Assembly (NCBI GenBank): GCA_034428455.1
Contig: DAOUHZ010000161.1
Location: forward strand, 3,459 to 67,458
Direction of reading: 5' to 3'
Length of the DNA stretch: 64,000 bases
DNA from: Dehalococcoidia bacterium
Lineage (GTDB): Bacteria > Chloroflexota > Dehalococcoidia > Lucifugimonadales > UBA3495
Position 1 is the stretch's first letter. Every line of letters starts with the position of its first letter. The notes under the pieces were generated by a model. That model saw only the letters and a list, made by a program, of their open reading frames with translations. It did not search any database and was not told the DNA's origin. Below, one piece after another: positions 16,610-26,980 of the stretch. A program made the translations under genes and the position numbers.

Positions 16610-19540
16610 ATGGCGACGGTAATGGAACGCAGGATTCGCGGCCGCGAACGCCAGGATATCGCCGACGAACTGAGCCGGCGCGTTGACGGCGAGGTCCGTT
16701 TCGATCCGCACTCCCGCCTGCTCTACAGCACCGACGCCAGCATCTACCAGATGGAGCCCGTGGGCGTCGTCATTCCGCGCTCCTCCGCCGACGTGCAGGC
16801 CGTGGTCGAGTTCGCCGCCCGCGAGGGCATCCCCGTGCTGCCCCGATCCGGCGGCACGAGCCTCGCCGGCCAGACCGTCAACCACGCCATCGTCATGGAC
16901 TTCAGCAAGTACCTGAACAACGTCCTGGAGGTGAACGCCGAGGAGCAATGGGCCCGCGTCCAGCCCGGCATCATCCTTGACCAACTCACCCGCCAGATGG
17001 GTCCCCACGGGTTGCAGTACGCTCCCGACCCCACCACCGCCAACCGCGCCTGCGTCGGTGGCGGCATCGGCAACAACACCTGTGGCGCGCACTCCGTCAT
17101 CTATGGCAAGACCCTGGACCACATCCAGGAACTGGATGTCGTCCTGTCGGATGGGTCCACTGCGCACTTCGGCGAGCTCTCCCCCGCCGAGCTGGAATCC
17201 CGGCTCAGCGCCTCCGGGCTGGAAGGAGACATCTACCGCGGCGTCCTGCGCATCGCCCGTGAGCAGAAGGAAGAGATCGACCGCACCTACGCCAAGATCC
17301 AGCGCCGGGTCAGCGGCTACAACCTGGACGAGTTCATCCTGGACGACGCCCGTCACGGCGGTCCGGTAAACCTGGCCCGCATGGTCGTCGGATCCGAGGG
17401 CACCCTGTGCGTGGTCACCGAGGCCAAGGTCAACCTGGTTTCCCGGCCCACCATGACGTCCCTGTCCGTGCTGCACTTCCGCACCATCTACGACGCCAGC
17501 GAGGCCACCACCCGCGTGCTGCGCCACGAGCCGTCCTCCATCGAACTCATCGACAAGATGGTCCTCGACCGCTCCCGTGAGGCCATGGGAACGGCGCGGC
17601 TTCCCGATTTCGTCGACGGCGATCCCGGGGCCATGCTGGTGGTCGAGTTCTACGGCGAGTCAGAGCGCGAACTTACGGCCAAAATGGACGGTCTCAAGGC
17701 CGACATCGGTCTCGCCTACGCCTGCGTCAACATCCTTGACCGGGCCGGCCAGGCCGCCGTCTGGAACCTGCGCAAGGGCGGACTCGGTCTGCTCATGAGC
17801 ACCCGCGGCGACGCCAAGCCGATTCCCTTCGTGGAGGACCCCGCAGTCGACCCGTCGGTCATGGGCGAGTTCGTCCGCCGCTTCGACGAGACCGTCACCG
17901 AGCACGGCACCACCGCCGGCTACTACGGCCACGCCTCCGTGGGTTGCCTCCACATCCGGCCCCTGGTCAGCCTGAAGAACCAGGACGGCATCGACAAGAT
18001 GGTGTCCATCGGCGAGGCGGTCTCCGACCTCATCAAGGAGTTCGGAGGTTCCATGAGCGGCGAGCACGGCGACGGCATCGTGCGCGGCGTCTGGACCCGC
18101 AAGATGTTCGGCGACCAGATCTACAATGCCTTCCGCGAGCTCAAGCAGACCTGGGACCCCCAGGGCATCATGAACCCGGGCAAGATCATAGACACGCCAC
18201 CCATGACCGAGAATCTGCGCTACGGCGTCGCGTACCAGCCGCAGGCGCTGGACACCACGCTGGACTTTTCCGCTGACTTCGGCTACGCCGGCGCGGTGGA
18301 GATGTGCAACGGCATGGGAGCCTGCCGCAAGCTGGACGGCACCATGTGTCCGTCCTTCATGGCAACCCGCGACGAGGAGCATTCCACCCGAGGACGCGCC
18401 AACCTGCTCCGCGCCGCCCTGTCCGGCCGCATGCCCGATGGAGCCGAGAGCTCCATCACCGACCAGCGCCTCCACCAGGCTCTGGATCTGTGCCTGGAGT
18501 GCAAAGCCTGCAAGGCGGAGTGCGAGTCGGGCGTGGACATGGCCAAGCTCAAGTACGAGTTCCTGGACCACTACCACAAGGAGCATGGCGTTCCGCTGCG
18601 TTCCCGCTTCTTTGCCAACATCAACGGGCTGAACCGGCTGGGCAGCCGGTACGCGCCCATCACCAACTGGCTGGCCGGGTCCGCGCTGGGCCGCTCGCTG
18701 ACGTCGAAGTTCCTGGGCATCGCGCCGCAGCGCCAGCAGCCCGCTTTCGCGTCGCTGTCGTTGCCCGACTGGTTCGCCCGGCGAGACCGAAACGGCCACG
18801 CCGAGGCCAGGTACGGCACGGTGGCCCTCTACAACGACACCTTCATGAACTACAACTACCCCGAGATCGGCATCGCCGCCGTAGAGGTGATGGAGGCGGC
18901 GGGCTACCGGGTGGAGTTGGTCAACGGCGGCTGCTGCGGCCGCCCCATGATCTCCAAGGGACTTCTGGATCAGGCCCGCGAGCAGGCCCATTCCAACATC
19001 GACTCCCTCTACGCCTACGCCAGCCAGGGCATTCCCATCGTCGGCTGCGAGCCCAGCTGCCTGCTCACCCTGCGAGACGAGTACCCCGAGTTCGTGTCCG
19101 ACGACCGCGCCCGAACCGTCGCCGAAAATGCGTTCCTCATCGACGAGTTCCTCGCCAACGCAAAATCCGCCGGCCGTTTGGACCTGCAATTCTCCGACCT
19201 GGAGAAGCAGGTGCTCTTCCACGGCCACTGCCACCAGAAGGCTATGGTGGGCACCGCCAGTTCGCTGGCCGTGCTCAACCTGCCGTCAGGCTACAACGCC
19301 GAGCTGATCAACGCCGGCTGCTGCGGCATGGCCGGCTCCTTCGGCTTCGAGAAGGAGCACTACGACATCTCGATGCAGATCGGCGGCCTGTCCCTGTTCC
19401 CGGCCATCGCCGCCAAGCCTGACGCCGAGGTCGCGGTCATGGGCGTGTCCTGCCGCCAGCAGGTGGAGCACGGCGCCGGCCGCCGCGCCCGCCACCTGGT
19501 CGAGGTGCTGCGGGAAGCGGTGGTAACGCCGTCGAGCTAG
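16610..19540 (+). CDS. FAD-linked oxidase fused to a 4Fe-4S / CCG-domain module (GlcD-GlcF-like, D-2-hydroxyacid dehydrogenase type)
   Basis: N-terminal FAD_binding_4 (PRSGGTSLAGQ). Central oxidase C-domain (GSMSGEHGDGI). CLECKACKAEC ferredoxin-type motif. Two Cys-rich CCG-like repeats (CCGRP, GCCGMAGSFG). Confidence 0.8.
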   Translation: MATVMERRIRGRERQDIADELSRRVDGEVRFDPHSRLLYSTDASIYQMEPVGVVIPRSSADVQAVVEFAAREGIPVLPRSGGTSLAGQTVNHAIVMDFSKYLNNVLEVNAEEQWARVQPGIILDQLTRQMGPHGLQYAPDPTTANRACVGGGIGNNTCGAHSVIYGKTLDHIQELDVVLSDGSTAHFGELSPAELESRLSASGLEGDIYRGVLRIAREQKEEIDRTYAKIQRRVSGYNLDEFILDDARHGGPVNLARMVVGSEGTLCVVTEAKVNLVSRPTMTSLSVLHFRTIYDASEATTRVLRHEPSSIELIDKMVLDRSREAMGTARLPDFVDGDPGAMLVVEFYGESERELTAKMDGLKADIGLAYACVNILDRAGQAAVWNLRKGGLGLLMSTRGDAKPIPFVEDPAVDPSVMGEFVRRFDETVTEHGTTAGYYGHASVGCLHIRPLVSLKNQDGIDKMVSIGEAVSDLIKEFGGSMSGEHGDGIVRGVWTRKMFGDQIYNAFRELKQTWDPQGIMNPGKIIDTPPMTENLRYGVAYQPQALDTTLDFSADFGYAGAVEMCNGMGACRKLDGTMCPSFMATRDEEHSTRGRANLLRAALSGRMPDGAESSITDQRLHQALDLCLECKACKAECESGVDMAKLKYEFLDHYHKEHGVPLRSRFFANINGLNRLGSRYAPITNWLAGSALGRSLTSKFLGIAPQRQQPAFASLSLPDWFARRDRNGHAEARYGTVALYNDTFMNYNYPEIGIAAVEVMEAAGYRVELVNGGCCGRPMISKGLLDQAREQAHSNIDSLYAYASQGIPIVGCEPSCLLTLRDEYPEFVSDDRARTVAENAFLIDEFLANAKSAGRLDLQFSDLEKQVLFHGHCHQKAMVGTASSLAVLNLPSGYNAELINAGCCGMAGSFGFEKEHYDISMQIGGLSLFPAIAAKPDAEVAVMGVSCRQQVEHGAGRRARHLVEVLREAVVTPSS

Positions 19541-19618
19541 TGTCATGTAACTGAAGTAAGTAGTAAAAGGGTGAGTGTTGGTTATTCTCCGGGTGAGCAG
19601 CCCAGATGGAGGATGACC

Positions 19619-20482
19619 ATGGCCATAGGACGACCGATGCCACCGCTGATTTTGTCCGACGAGGAACGGGAAACCCTGGAGCGGTGGGTGCGGCGGCCCA
19701 AGACGGCGCAAGCCCTGGGGTTGCGCCAGGATGATTTTGGCGTGCGCCCAGGGCCGTAGCAACACCGCAGTGGGCGCCGATCTGGGGGTGTCGGACGAAA
19801 CGGCGGGCAAATGGCGGTCGCGGTTTGTGGAACGGAGACTGGACGGGCTTTCGGACGAGCCCCGCAGCGGCCGGCCCCGATCGGTTACCGATGACGACGT
19901 GGAGCGGGTGATCACGTTGACGCTGGAGACCACGTCCAAAGATGCCACCCACTGGAGCACCCGGTCCATGGCCCAACGCAGTGGTCTGAGCCACAATACG
20001 GTGAGCCGTATCTGGCGGGCCTTCGGGTTGCAGCTCCACCGCACCGAAGCCTTCAAGCTGTCGTCGGATCCCTTCTTCGTCGAGAAGGCGCGAGACATCG
20101 CGGTGAGAAGGCCAGGGTCTGTACTTGGACCCGCCGGACCGGGCGCTGGTGCCGTGCATGGACGAGAGGTCCCAGATCCAGGCGTTGGACCGCACCCGCC
20201 CGCTACTGCCCATGCGTCCCGGACAGGCGGAGCGGCGCACCCATGATTATTTGCGCACGGTACGGTTTCCCTCTTTGCCGCGCTGGACGCCCAAATTTGC
20301 GCTGCTGACCGAGAAACAACTGCGTCGTGGGGTGCATCAGAGCAGCGGAGAACTGGAGGCCGCCATTCTATCACTACCTGGACGTGACCAACGAAGAACC
20401 CAAGCCCTTTGTGTGGACGAAAACTGCTGACCAAATACTAGACAACGTGGTTCGCTTTTGCCAGCAAACTTTGGATACATGA
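19619..20482 (+). pseudogene. IS630-family transposase remnant (several frameshifts plus an internal deletion removing the DDE core)
   Basis: Pieces sit in three frames. (a) LSDEERETLERWVRRPKTAQAL. (b) ILACAQGRSNTAVGADLGVSDETAGKWRSRF...SGRPRSVTDDD...ATHWSTRSMA...FKLSSDPFFVEKARDI. (c) [42 protein letters not shown]. Then ...[12 protein letters not shown] joins directly to [14 protein letters not shown]...[17 protein letters not shown]. Confidence 0.8.
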
Positions 20483-20726
20483 CAGTAGGTCGATGTTGAA
20501 GCCAGCAACGGTGACTCCTTCGAGGATCTGCACCACCTTGACGCTGCTGCCCACCGCGGCCATCAACACGTCGGCGATGGATGCCAACACCAGGTTGCAA
20601 GCCAACAAGTCGTAATGGGTAGGGGCACGGTTCAAGCGTCAGCATTCCTGACGCGGTGCCAATCGGAGGGTCTGTGCGCCTCCTTTGCTTGGCAACTCTT
20701 TCCCGTCTGCCAGGCCACGGTTCGGC

Positions 20727-21563
20727 TTAATTGAGGTACACGCCTGCGGCCTGCTGGGACGCGGCTGCGTAGATTTTCTCCAGGGTAGCCGTCAGGTCTT
20801 GTTCTCCCTGCCAAAAGGGGAACCGGCCCAACTGCCGGGGCAGAGCGGCGTGCATTTCCGGAACCGTCGCAGTGCCAAGGTCCGAGCCGGCCAACGCCGG
20901 TAACGGGTTGCCCCAGAATGTCTCCGGGTCTTCCGGCAGTGGCTCGGGCGCCAACGGTGGTCCTTCGATGGTCTGGGCGGACTGGCGGAACTCCTCGCCC
21001 AACAGGTCCTCCCGGTCCATGCCCCGCATACGGAAGATGAGGAATGGGTCGCGGTCGAACTCCTCGCCCAGGAGCAGGTAGACGGCGGCAATGTGCTTGC
21101 AGGGGTTTGACCAGTCGGGACAGGAACAGTCGGTTTCCAGGTCATCGCTCCTTCTGGGAAACATCGAAAGTCCGACGGTTTCGAACGTGTCCTCGATGTT
21201 TTCCGGCATCCGGCCGGAGAGCAGGCTGGCGGCGATGACCGGCTGTTCGGCCAACGCCTGGCGCAGCCGTTCCCAGTCATCCGGGCCGATGGTCCTCACG
21301 CTGATCGCCACGTCGTAGGGCCGCTTGCGGCTGCCCTGCACCTGCGCTTCCACGACGCCGTTTTGGATGTCAATCGAGAGGACCTGTCCCCGACGGGCGT
21401 AGGAACGGCCCCGGCTGAGCCGGGCGCCGATGCGGAATTGCTCGAGGGTCTGCATCCACCGTTTGGCCCACCAGTTGGAGCCGAACTCGCCCCGGCGGGA
21501 CGCGGCCCTGATGCCACCCCTTGCTTCGATGGGGCGAGTGTACTCGTAGTCGTAGTAGTTCAT
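20727..21563 (-). CDS. SWIM zinc-finger protein
   Basis: CSCPDWSNPCKHIAAVYLLLGEEF is a CxCxnCxH SWIM motif. 44 nt downstream of the SNF2 gene, same strand. Confidence 0.8.
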   Translation of the reverse strand: MNYYDYEYTRPIEARGGIRAASRRGEFGSNWWAKRWMQTLEQFRIGARLSRGRSYARRGQVLSIDIQNGVVEAQVQGSRKRPYDVAISVRTIGPDDWERLRQALAEQPVIAASLLSGRMPENIEDTFETVGLSMFPRRSDDLETDCSCPDWSNPCKHIAAVYLLLGEEFDRDPFLIFRMRGMDREDLLGEEFRQSAQTIEGPPLAPEPLPEDPETFWGNPLPALAGSDLGTATVPEMHAALPRQLGRFPFWQGEQDLTATLEKIYAAASQQAAGVYLN

Positions 21564-21607
21564 CGAGGAACCTTTTCCTGGCTCAGTGGGTTGAGCGGGC
21601 GGCGTCT

Positions 21608-24600
21608 TCAGCCCTCCGGCGTCGCGCTGAGGGCCAGCACCTCCCGCAGCTCGGTGTTCGAGAGTTCGGTGAGCCAGCGCTCAGAGGTTGCGCCCACCAC
21701 CTGGTCGGCGGTCTGCTGCTTGGTCTCGATCATAAGGTCGATGCGGTCTTCGAGGGTGCCGGCGCAGATCATTTTGTGTACGTGGACGTCCTTCGTTTGA
21801 CCGATGCGGAAGGCTCGGTCGGTGGCCTGATTTTCCACGGCGGGATTCCACCAGCGGTCGTAGTGGATGACGTGGTTGGCCCGAGGCAGGTTCAGGCCGG
21901 AGCCGCCCGCCTTCAGGGACAGGACGAACACCTGCGGGCCGTGGGGGTCGTTCTGGAACCGATCCACCATGATGTCGCGATTCTTGCGTGACACCCCGCC
22001 GTGGAGCATGGGCGTTTCGATGCCATAGGTTTCCTGGACGTGCTGCTGCAGAATGGCTCCCATCTCGGCGAACTGGCTGAAAATCAGGACGCGGTCGCCG
22101 GCGGGAATGATCTCGTCCAGCAACTCGTCGAGACGGGCCAGCTTCCCGGAGCGGCCGGCGATGGTCGAGTTGTCGCCCAGCAGTTGGCGAGGATGGTTGC
22201 AGACCTGCTTGAGCCTGACCAGCGTGTCGAGGATGGAGCCGCGGCGCTCCATGCCTTCGGCGTCGTCCAGTCGTGTCTCGACGTCGCGCAGCACGGCCTC
22301 GTAGAGGGTGACCTGCTCACGGGTGAGGTTGCAGTACTGCTTCGTCTCGTGCTTGTCAGGCAGGTCGTCGATGATTGTCGGGTCGGTCTTCAATCGGCGC
22401 AGGATGAACGGGCCGGTGGCTTTCTGCAGCCGTGCTGTCGCTTCGTCGTCCCGGTTGGCCTGGATGGGATTGAAATACCGGCGTTTGAACTCCGCCTGGG
22501 AGCCCAGCAGGCCGGGATTCAGGAACTGCATGATGGACCACAGGTCGCCCACGTGGTTTTCGACTGGCGTGCCCGTGAGGGCCATGCGGTAATCGGCGGG
22601 CAGAGAGCGGGCGGCTTGCGCCTGGCGCGTGGCGGTGTTCTTGATATTTTGAGCTTCGTCGACGGTGACAGAGCGCCAATCGACGGAAGCCAGCAACTCC
22701 CGATCCCGCGTCATGGTGCCGTAGCTGGTGATTACGATCTGATGCCTGGCGGCCTGTTGGGCGAACTGTTCGCCGCGCTCGCGGCCCGGTCCGTGGTGCA
22801 GCATCACCGCCAGGCTGGGCGTGAACTTCTGCGCTTCGCGCTGCCAATTGTTGATCACCGAGGTGGGGCAGACCAGCAGGTTGGGCTTCTCGTTGCCCTC
22901 CTGGTGGTCCCGCAGGATGGCGGCCAGGGTCTGGACGGTTTTGCCGAGACCCATGTCGTCGGCCAGGCAGGCGCCCAGTCCCCACCAGCGGAGGAAATCG
23001 AGCCACGAGTAGCCCAGTTGCTGGTAGGGGCGCAATTCGCCGCTGAATTCGGCGGGCAGGTCCAGCAGGCGTATCCGGCTCTTCTGCTGGAGGGAATCCA
23101 GCAACTCGCTGAGCCAGCCCGTGGTCGCCAGGGAGACGCGGTCGGCTTCCGCTTGCTGATCGGCGCCCAGGCCGATGCGGACCGCTTCCCGCAGGGTGAG
23201 CTGGTCACGGTTGCGCCAGAAGTCGGCGGCGGCTCGAATTTCGTCGGCGTCGATTTCGACCCACTGGCCGCGGAAGCGGACCAGCGGCACCTTCAGGTCG
23301 GCCAGTTCGAACAGTTCCTCAGCTTCGATCACCTCGTCGCCCATGGCGACTTGAACATCCAGGTCGATGAGCGACGCCATGGTCATGTTGACGCCGCCCT
23401 GCATCGGCGGCGTGCGTAGTTCGGCCCGGATGGTGGGGCGGTTCTTCGTACCCCGGCGTGTCCACCAGGCGGGCAGCATTACGCCGAAGCCCGCCTGCTG
23501 CAGCGCAGCCGCCTGCTGGGTGAGGAATTGGTGAGCCTGTTCAGCGTCGAGGGGCGCGCCGGCCGGCCTTCGCTGGTTCAGGCTGTCGGAGACGGGCGGA
23601 CATACGGAGCCGGCTTGGGCCAGGGAGGCGATCAGGAACTCGGCCGGATTGAAGTCGGGCGATTGTCGCTCCGAGGCGGTGTCAACGGGCAGCAACAGGC
23701 TGTGGTCGTCGTGGGGCTGGAGCAGGTAACGGAGGTACCAGTCCCGTTCACGCAGAGCGGCTGGTAGGTCGTCCTCGTCAGGTTCTGGCGGTTCTTCAAG
23801 ACGCAGGCACAGGCGGTAGGGGGAGTTGGCCGCCACCGCGATGGGCCGGTGCCATTCCGCCACCTGCCGGCGCAGCTGTTGCATCTGGGCGCCGTCGGCG
23901 TGTATTGCGCCGTCTGCCGTCGTCAGAGCGTGGAGCCAGGCGTCATGGGCCGAGTCGAACTCCGGAGCGCCTCCCTTGGCGTCCTGACGAACCATGTGGT
24001 TCACGATGCTGGAGATGAACTCCTTGAGAACGGCCTGCGGCGGGGTCGTTGGCGGCCGGTCCATTGAAGTGGTGGTCATGGATCGGGCAGAGGCCGGCAT
24101 CGCGCTGGCCAGTTCAGCTAATCGGTAGGCGTCGTCGCCGATGTAGAGCGGCGTCCACACGGCCTTGGTACCGTCCCCATGCCGCAAGACGTTGGGCAGG
24201 AATTGCTGTCGAACGGTGAGCCCGGCGGCGAAGAGCATGACGTGTCGCCAGTAGGCCACGTCGGGGCCCAGCAACGTGCCGGGCGTCAGCACGCGCCCAT
24301 TCTGGCAACCTTGCAGCAGTGCGATGGCCTGGGCGCTGGAAAGCCTGAGCGCCGGCACGCGCCAGGGCTTGATGCGGGGTTTGGCCCTCGATCTGGGCGC
24401 GGGACCCGCCAACGCTTCAGACGGTATCGGGTTGTTGCCGCGGCTGGGCAGCCAGATGGTGGCTTCCATCCCGGCGCCGGCGGGCTCATCTAGCGTATTG
24501 CCGACGGCTTCCGTCAAACGCGTGGCGTCCACGCAACGGGGATGGCGTCCGTCGAGCGCTTGGTCGGTATGCGGGTGTTGGTCGGAGGCCTCTGCCCAGA

Positions 24601-24643
24601 GGGTCAGTTGTCCGGCCAGTTGGGCGGCGTGGATGATGATCAT
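21608..24643 (-). CDS. SNF2-family DNA-dependent ATPase/helicase with a long N-terminal SNF2-associated region (HelZ/RapA-like)
   Basis: Motif I LADDMGLGKT. Motif II VTVDEAQNIKN. Helicase C block FVLSLKAGGSGLNL...HYDRWWNPAVENQATDRAFRIGQ. Start preferred at ATG 24643 (MIIIHAAQLAGQLTLWAE). The upstream part of the ORF track is Arg/Cys-rich and unlikely to be coding. Confidence 0.85.
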   Translation of the reverse strand: MIIIHAAQLAGQLTLWAEASDQHPHTDQALDGRHPRCVDATRLTEAVGNTLDEPAGAGMEATIWLPSRGNNPIPSEALAGPAPRSRAKPRIKPWRVPALRLSSAQAIALLQGCQNGRVLTPGTLLGPDVAYWRHVMLFAAGLTVRQQFLPNVLRHGDGTKAVWTPLYIGDDAYRLAELASAMPASARSMTTTSMDRPPTTPPQAVLKEFISSIVNHMVRQDAKGGAPEFDSAHDAWLHALTTADGAIHADGAQMQQLRRQVAEWHRPIAVAANSPYRLCLRLEEPPEPDEDDLPAALRERDWYLRYLLQPHDDHSLLLPVDTASERQSPDFNPAEFLIASLAQAGSVCPPVSDSLNQRRPAGAPLDAEQAHQFLTQQAAALQQAGFGVMLPAWWTRRGTKNRPTIRAELRTPPMQGGVNMTMASLIDLDVQVAMGDEVIEAEELFELADLKVPLVRFRGQWVEIDADEIRAAADFWRNRDQLTLREAVRIGLGADQQAEADRVSLATTGWLSELLDSLQQKSRIRLLDLPAEFSGELRPYQQLGYSWLDFLRWWGLGACLADDMGLGKTVQTLAAILRDHQEGNEKPNLLVCPTSVINNWQREAQKFTPSLAVMLHHGPGRERGEQFAQQAARHQIVITSYGTMTRDRELLASVDWRSVTVDEAQNIKNTATRQAQAARSLPADYRMALTGTPVENHVGDLWSIMQFLNPGLLGSQAEFKRRYFNPIQANRDDEATARLQKATGPFILRRLKTDPTIIDDLPDKHETKQYCNLTREQVTLYEAVLRDVETRLDDAEGMERRGSILDTLVRLKQVCNHPRQLLGDNSTIAGRSGKLARLDELLDEIIPAGDRVLIFSQFAEMGAILQQHVQETYGIETPMLHGGVSRKNRDIMVDRFQNDPHGPQVFVLSLKAGGSGLNLPRANHVIHYDRWWNPAVENQATDRAFRIGQTKDVHVHKMICAGTLEDRIDLMIETKQQTADQVVGATSERWLTELSNTELREVLALSATPEG

Positions 24644-25015
24644 GGCGGTTTTCTCTACGTCGGTTTTACTACGGGGGACATACCGTTGGAAAGAGCACGG
24701 GCAGTGGCCGGCGTCGCGGCACCAGTCCCCGCTCCGCTGGGAACAGCGCCTGCCCTTTCGCTGGCCTCTGAGGCGGAAACCCTGTGTGCTGGTCCGTTGC
24801 CCCCGCATCGCGGAAGAACCTTGCGCTTGCGGAAGTTCGTAGGCGCCATCCCCTGGGCGCCCTCCCTGGATTCGCGTCGACTTACGCTGCCGTTGAACAA
24901 GGGAATACTTTCGTCAAACGGGACGAGTGCTTGGCGGATCAACACGTTGCTGGGTTTACCCAGTGGGCGAGCCAGCTGGTCACTACTATTACAACGACGG
25001 GTTTAGGGCGTGTCG

Positions 25016-25444
25016 TCAAATTATTTTATTCCGGAGTGCGATGGCGCGGATTTGACAGTGAGCCAGGAAAGAAGCGGCCTTCTTGGCATATCGGTTCGCT
25101 ACCCCGCGCCATTGTTTGAAGTTGCAAAATCCATTCTCCACCAAGTGCCGTGCCTGGTATAAATCCCGGTCATATTCCCGCTGCTCCTGACGGTTGCTCG
25201 GAGGCGTTATCACCACGTTCATGCCACAATCCGATGCCGGGGCCACGATCCCATTGGTGTCGCACCCTTTGTCCGCCAGCAGATGCTCCGCCACAATACC
25301 TTCAATCAACGGCAATGCCTGGGTACAATCCGCCACCCTCCCTGCGGGAAGAACACCCAATCGTGAAAGTCCTTCAATCCCGTGAATCCCGATTCTGACG
25401 ACTGCCCGCCGCAAACCGGGTACGCATGAGATCGTTGCATTCAT
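25016..25444 (-). pseudogene. IS5-family transposase C-terminal fragment (N-terminal HTH and first catalytic region missing)
   Basis: LLADKGCDTNGIV...VITPPSNRQEQREYDRDLYQARHLVENGFCNFKQWRGVANRYAKKAASFLAHCQIRAI matches the IS5/IS427-type C-terminus (LLADKGYD...YK.R..VEN.F..LK..R.IATRYDK.A..FLA). Confidence 0.7.
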
Positions 25445-25485
25445 AACTGCGATGCAAACGCAACGGTACTATGCGCGAATCGTAA

Positions 25486-25514
25486 TTGACCCAAAATGGG
25501 CAGATTGCTACAAT
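25486..25514 (+). promoter_or_regulatory. Sigma-70-like promoter of P450-1
   Basis: TTGACC (25486-25491), a 17-nt spacer, then TACAAT (25509-25514) with TGC immediately upstream. RBS AGGGAGGG precedes ATG 25598. Confidence 0.55.
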
Positions 25515-25597
25515 TGGCCAAACGCGGCGACGATAGCCGCTGGTCATCGTATGTCCGGCGGTGAGTTTGACCATGAAAAGTCAACGGGAGGGACTTT

Positions 25598-26884
25598 ATG
25601 GTTACCACCTTTAACGAAAACCTGTTTTCCCCTGAAGTCATCCAGGATCCGTATACGTACTTCGGCCGGATGCGCGAGGAGGACCCGGTTCACTGGAATG
25701 ACCCCTACAAGCTGTGGGTCATCACCAAGTACAAGGACTTGGTCTGGGTAACCCGACGTCCTGAAGCATTCTCGTCCGAGGTCTTCCACCGGGACCCGCT
25801 GCCTCCATATCCTTCGATTGACGAATCCGACATGGGCCTCTACGAGGACGTGCGGAACTTCTTCAGCCAGTGGTTCATCCAGACCGACCGGCGCGCGGTG
25901 AGCACCCACGAGCACATTCGCGAGCACGGCGGCCCGGACCACACCGACATGCGGAAGGTCATCCACGGCTACTTCACGCCGAAGGCCATGGAACTCTGGC
26001 GCCCGCTGGTGCAGTCCGCCATCAATCAGTTGCTGGACGAAGCGGAAGAGCGCGGCAGCATGGACGTGATGCGAGACTATGCCACGCCGCTGCCCCTGCT
26101 GGTCATCGCCGCCATGATGGGCATCGAGACCTACGACCGGCAGTTCATCCGCTCGCTGGCGGAGAAGCTGCTGTTCATCGGTCGCGGCAACGCCGACCGC
26201 ATGCAGCCCCTGTCCGAAGGCATCACCGAGCTTCAGGACTACCTGCGGCCCATGGTCAAGGCCCGCCTGGACAACCCCAACGGCGACCTGCTGGACAAGA
26301 TGACCGACGCCGCCCGCACCACCAACGCGGCCGGACAGCGGATCATGGACGAGGAGCAGGTGGTGGCCAACGCCATCCTGCTGCTCCTGGCCGGTCATGA
26401 GACCACCATTAACCTGATCTGCAACGGCACCCGGGCGTTCATGGAGCACCCGGAGCAGTGGGAACTGTTCAAGAGCGACCCCGCCGGCAGGATGATCCGC
26501 GCCACCGAGGAGTGCCTGCGGTACGACCCGCCGGTCAAGTCCATCACCCGCATCGCCGGTGAGGACGTCGAACTGGGCGGCAAGCTCATCCAGAAGGACG
26601 AGCGGATGCGCTGGTTCGTCACCTCCGCCAACCGTGATCCCGAAGTGTTCGACCGCCCCGACGACTTCGACGTCGAGCGGTACCCGAACCCGCACGTGGC
26701 CTTTGGCAGCGGCATCCACCACTGCCTCGGCGCCACCCTGGCGCGGCTGGAAGGGCAGGAAGCGTTCAAGGCCCTGGCCGAGCGGTTCCCGAACCTCAAC
26801 ATGAGCTGCAACTCTGAGGACCTCACCTACACCTCCAGCATCACGTTCCGGACGCTGGAGACCCTGCCGGTGGCCCTGTCGTAA
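25598..26884 (+). CDS. Cytochrome P450 (paralog 1)
   Basis: I-helix LLLLAGHETTINLI. EECLRYDPP (ExxR). Heme loop HVAFGSGIHHCLGATLARLEGQE. Confidence 0.9.
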   Translation: MVTTFNENLFSPEVIQDPYTYFGRMREEDPVHWNDPYKLWVITKYKDLVWVTRRPEAFSSEVFHRDPLPPYPSIDESDMGLYEDVRNFFSQWFIQTDRRAVSTHEHIREHGGPDHTDMRKVIHGYFTPKAMELWRPLVQSAINQLLDEAEERGSMDVMRDYATPLPLLVIAAMMGIETYDRQFIRSLAEKLLFIGRGNADRMQPLSEGITELQDYLRPMVKARLDNPNGDLLDKMTDAARTTNAAGQRIMDEEQVVANAILLLLAGHETTINLICNGTRAFMEHPEQWELFKSDPAGRMIRATEECLRYDPPVKSITRIAGEDVELGGKLIQKDERMRWFVTSANRDPEVFDRPDDFDVERYPNPHVAFGSGIHHCLGATLARLEGQEAFKALAERFPNLNMSCNSEDLTYTSSITFRTLETLPVALS

Positions 26885-26913
26885 TCGGTTCGCAAATCCC
26901 CGCAGGATTACGA

Positions 26914-26947
26914 GGCCCGGCGAACATTCGCCGGGCCTTGGCTTTTG
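26914..26947 (+). terminator. Intrinsic terminator after P450-1
   Basis: GGCCCGGCG (26914-26922), loop AACATT, CGCCGGGCC (26929-26937), then TTGGCTTTTG. Confidence 0.6.
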
Positions 26948-26951
26948 TCGC

Positions 26952-26980
26952 TTGCGCGCACGGCGTACGGAGCCTATAAT
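26952..26980 (+). promoter_or_regulatory. Candidate promoter of P450-2
   Basis: TTGCGC (26952-26957), a 17-nt spacer, then TATAAT (26975-26980) followed by CGG. Confidence 0.45.

Noticed and set aside
20438-20726. 65-aa minus-strand ORF (HYDLLACNLVLASIADVLMAAVGSSVKVVQILEG...) next to the IS630 remnant.
   Set aside because: It is short, overlaps the IS630 3' end, and has no start context or recognisable domain. It is possibly a fragment of the gene disrupted by the IS, but this cannot be supported.
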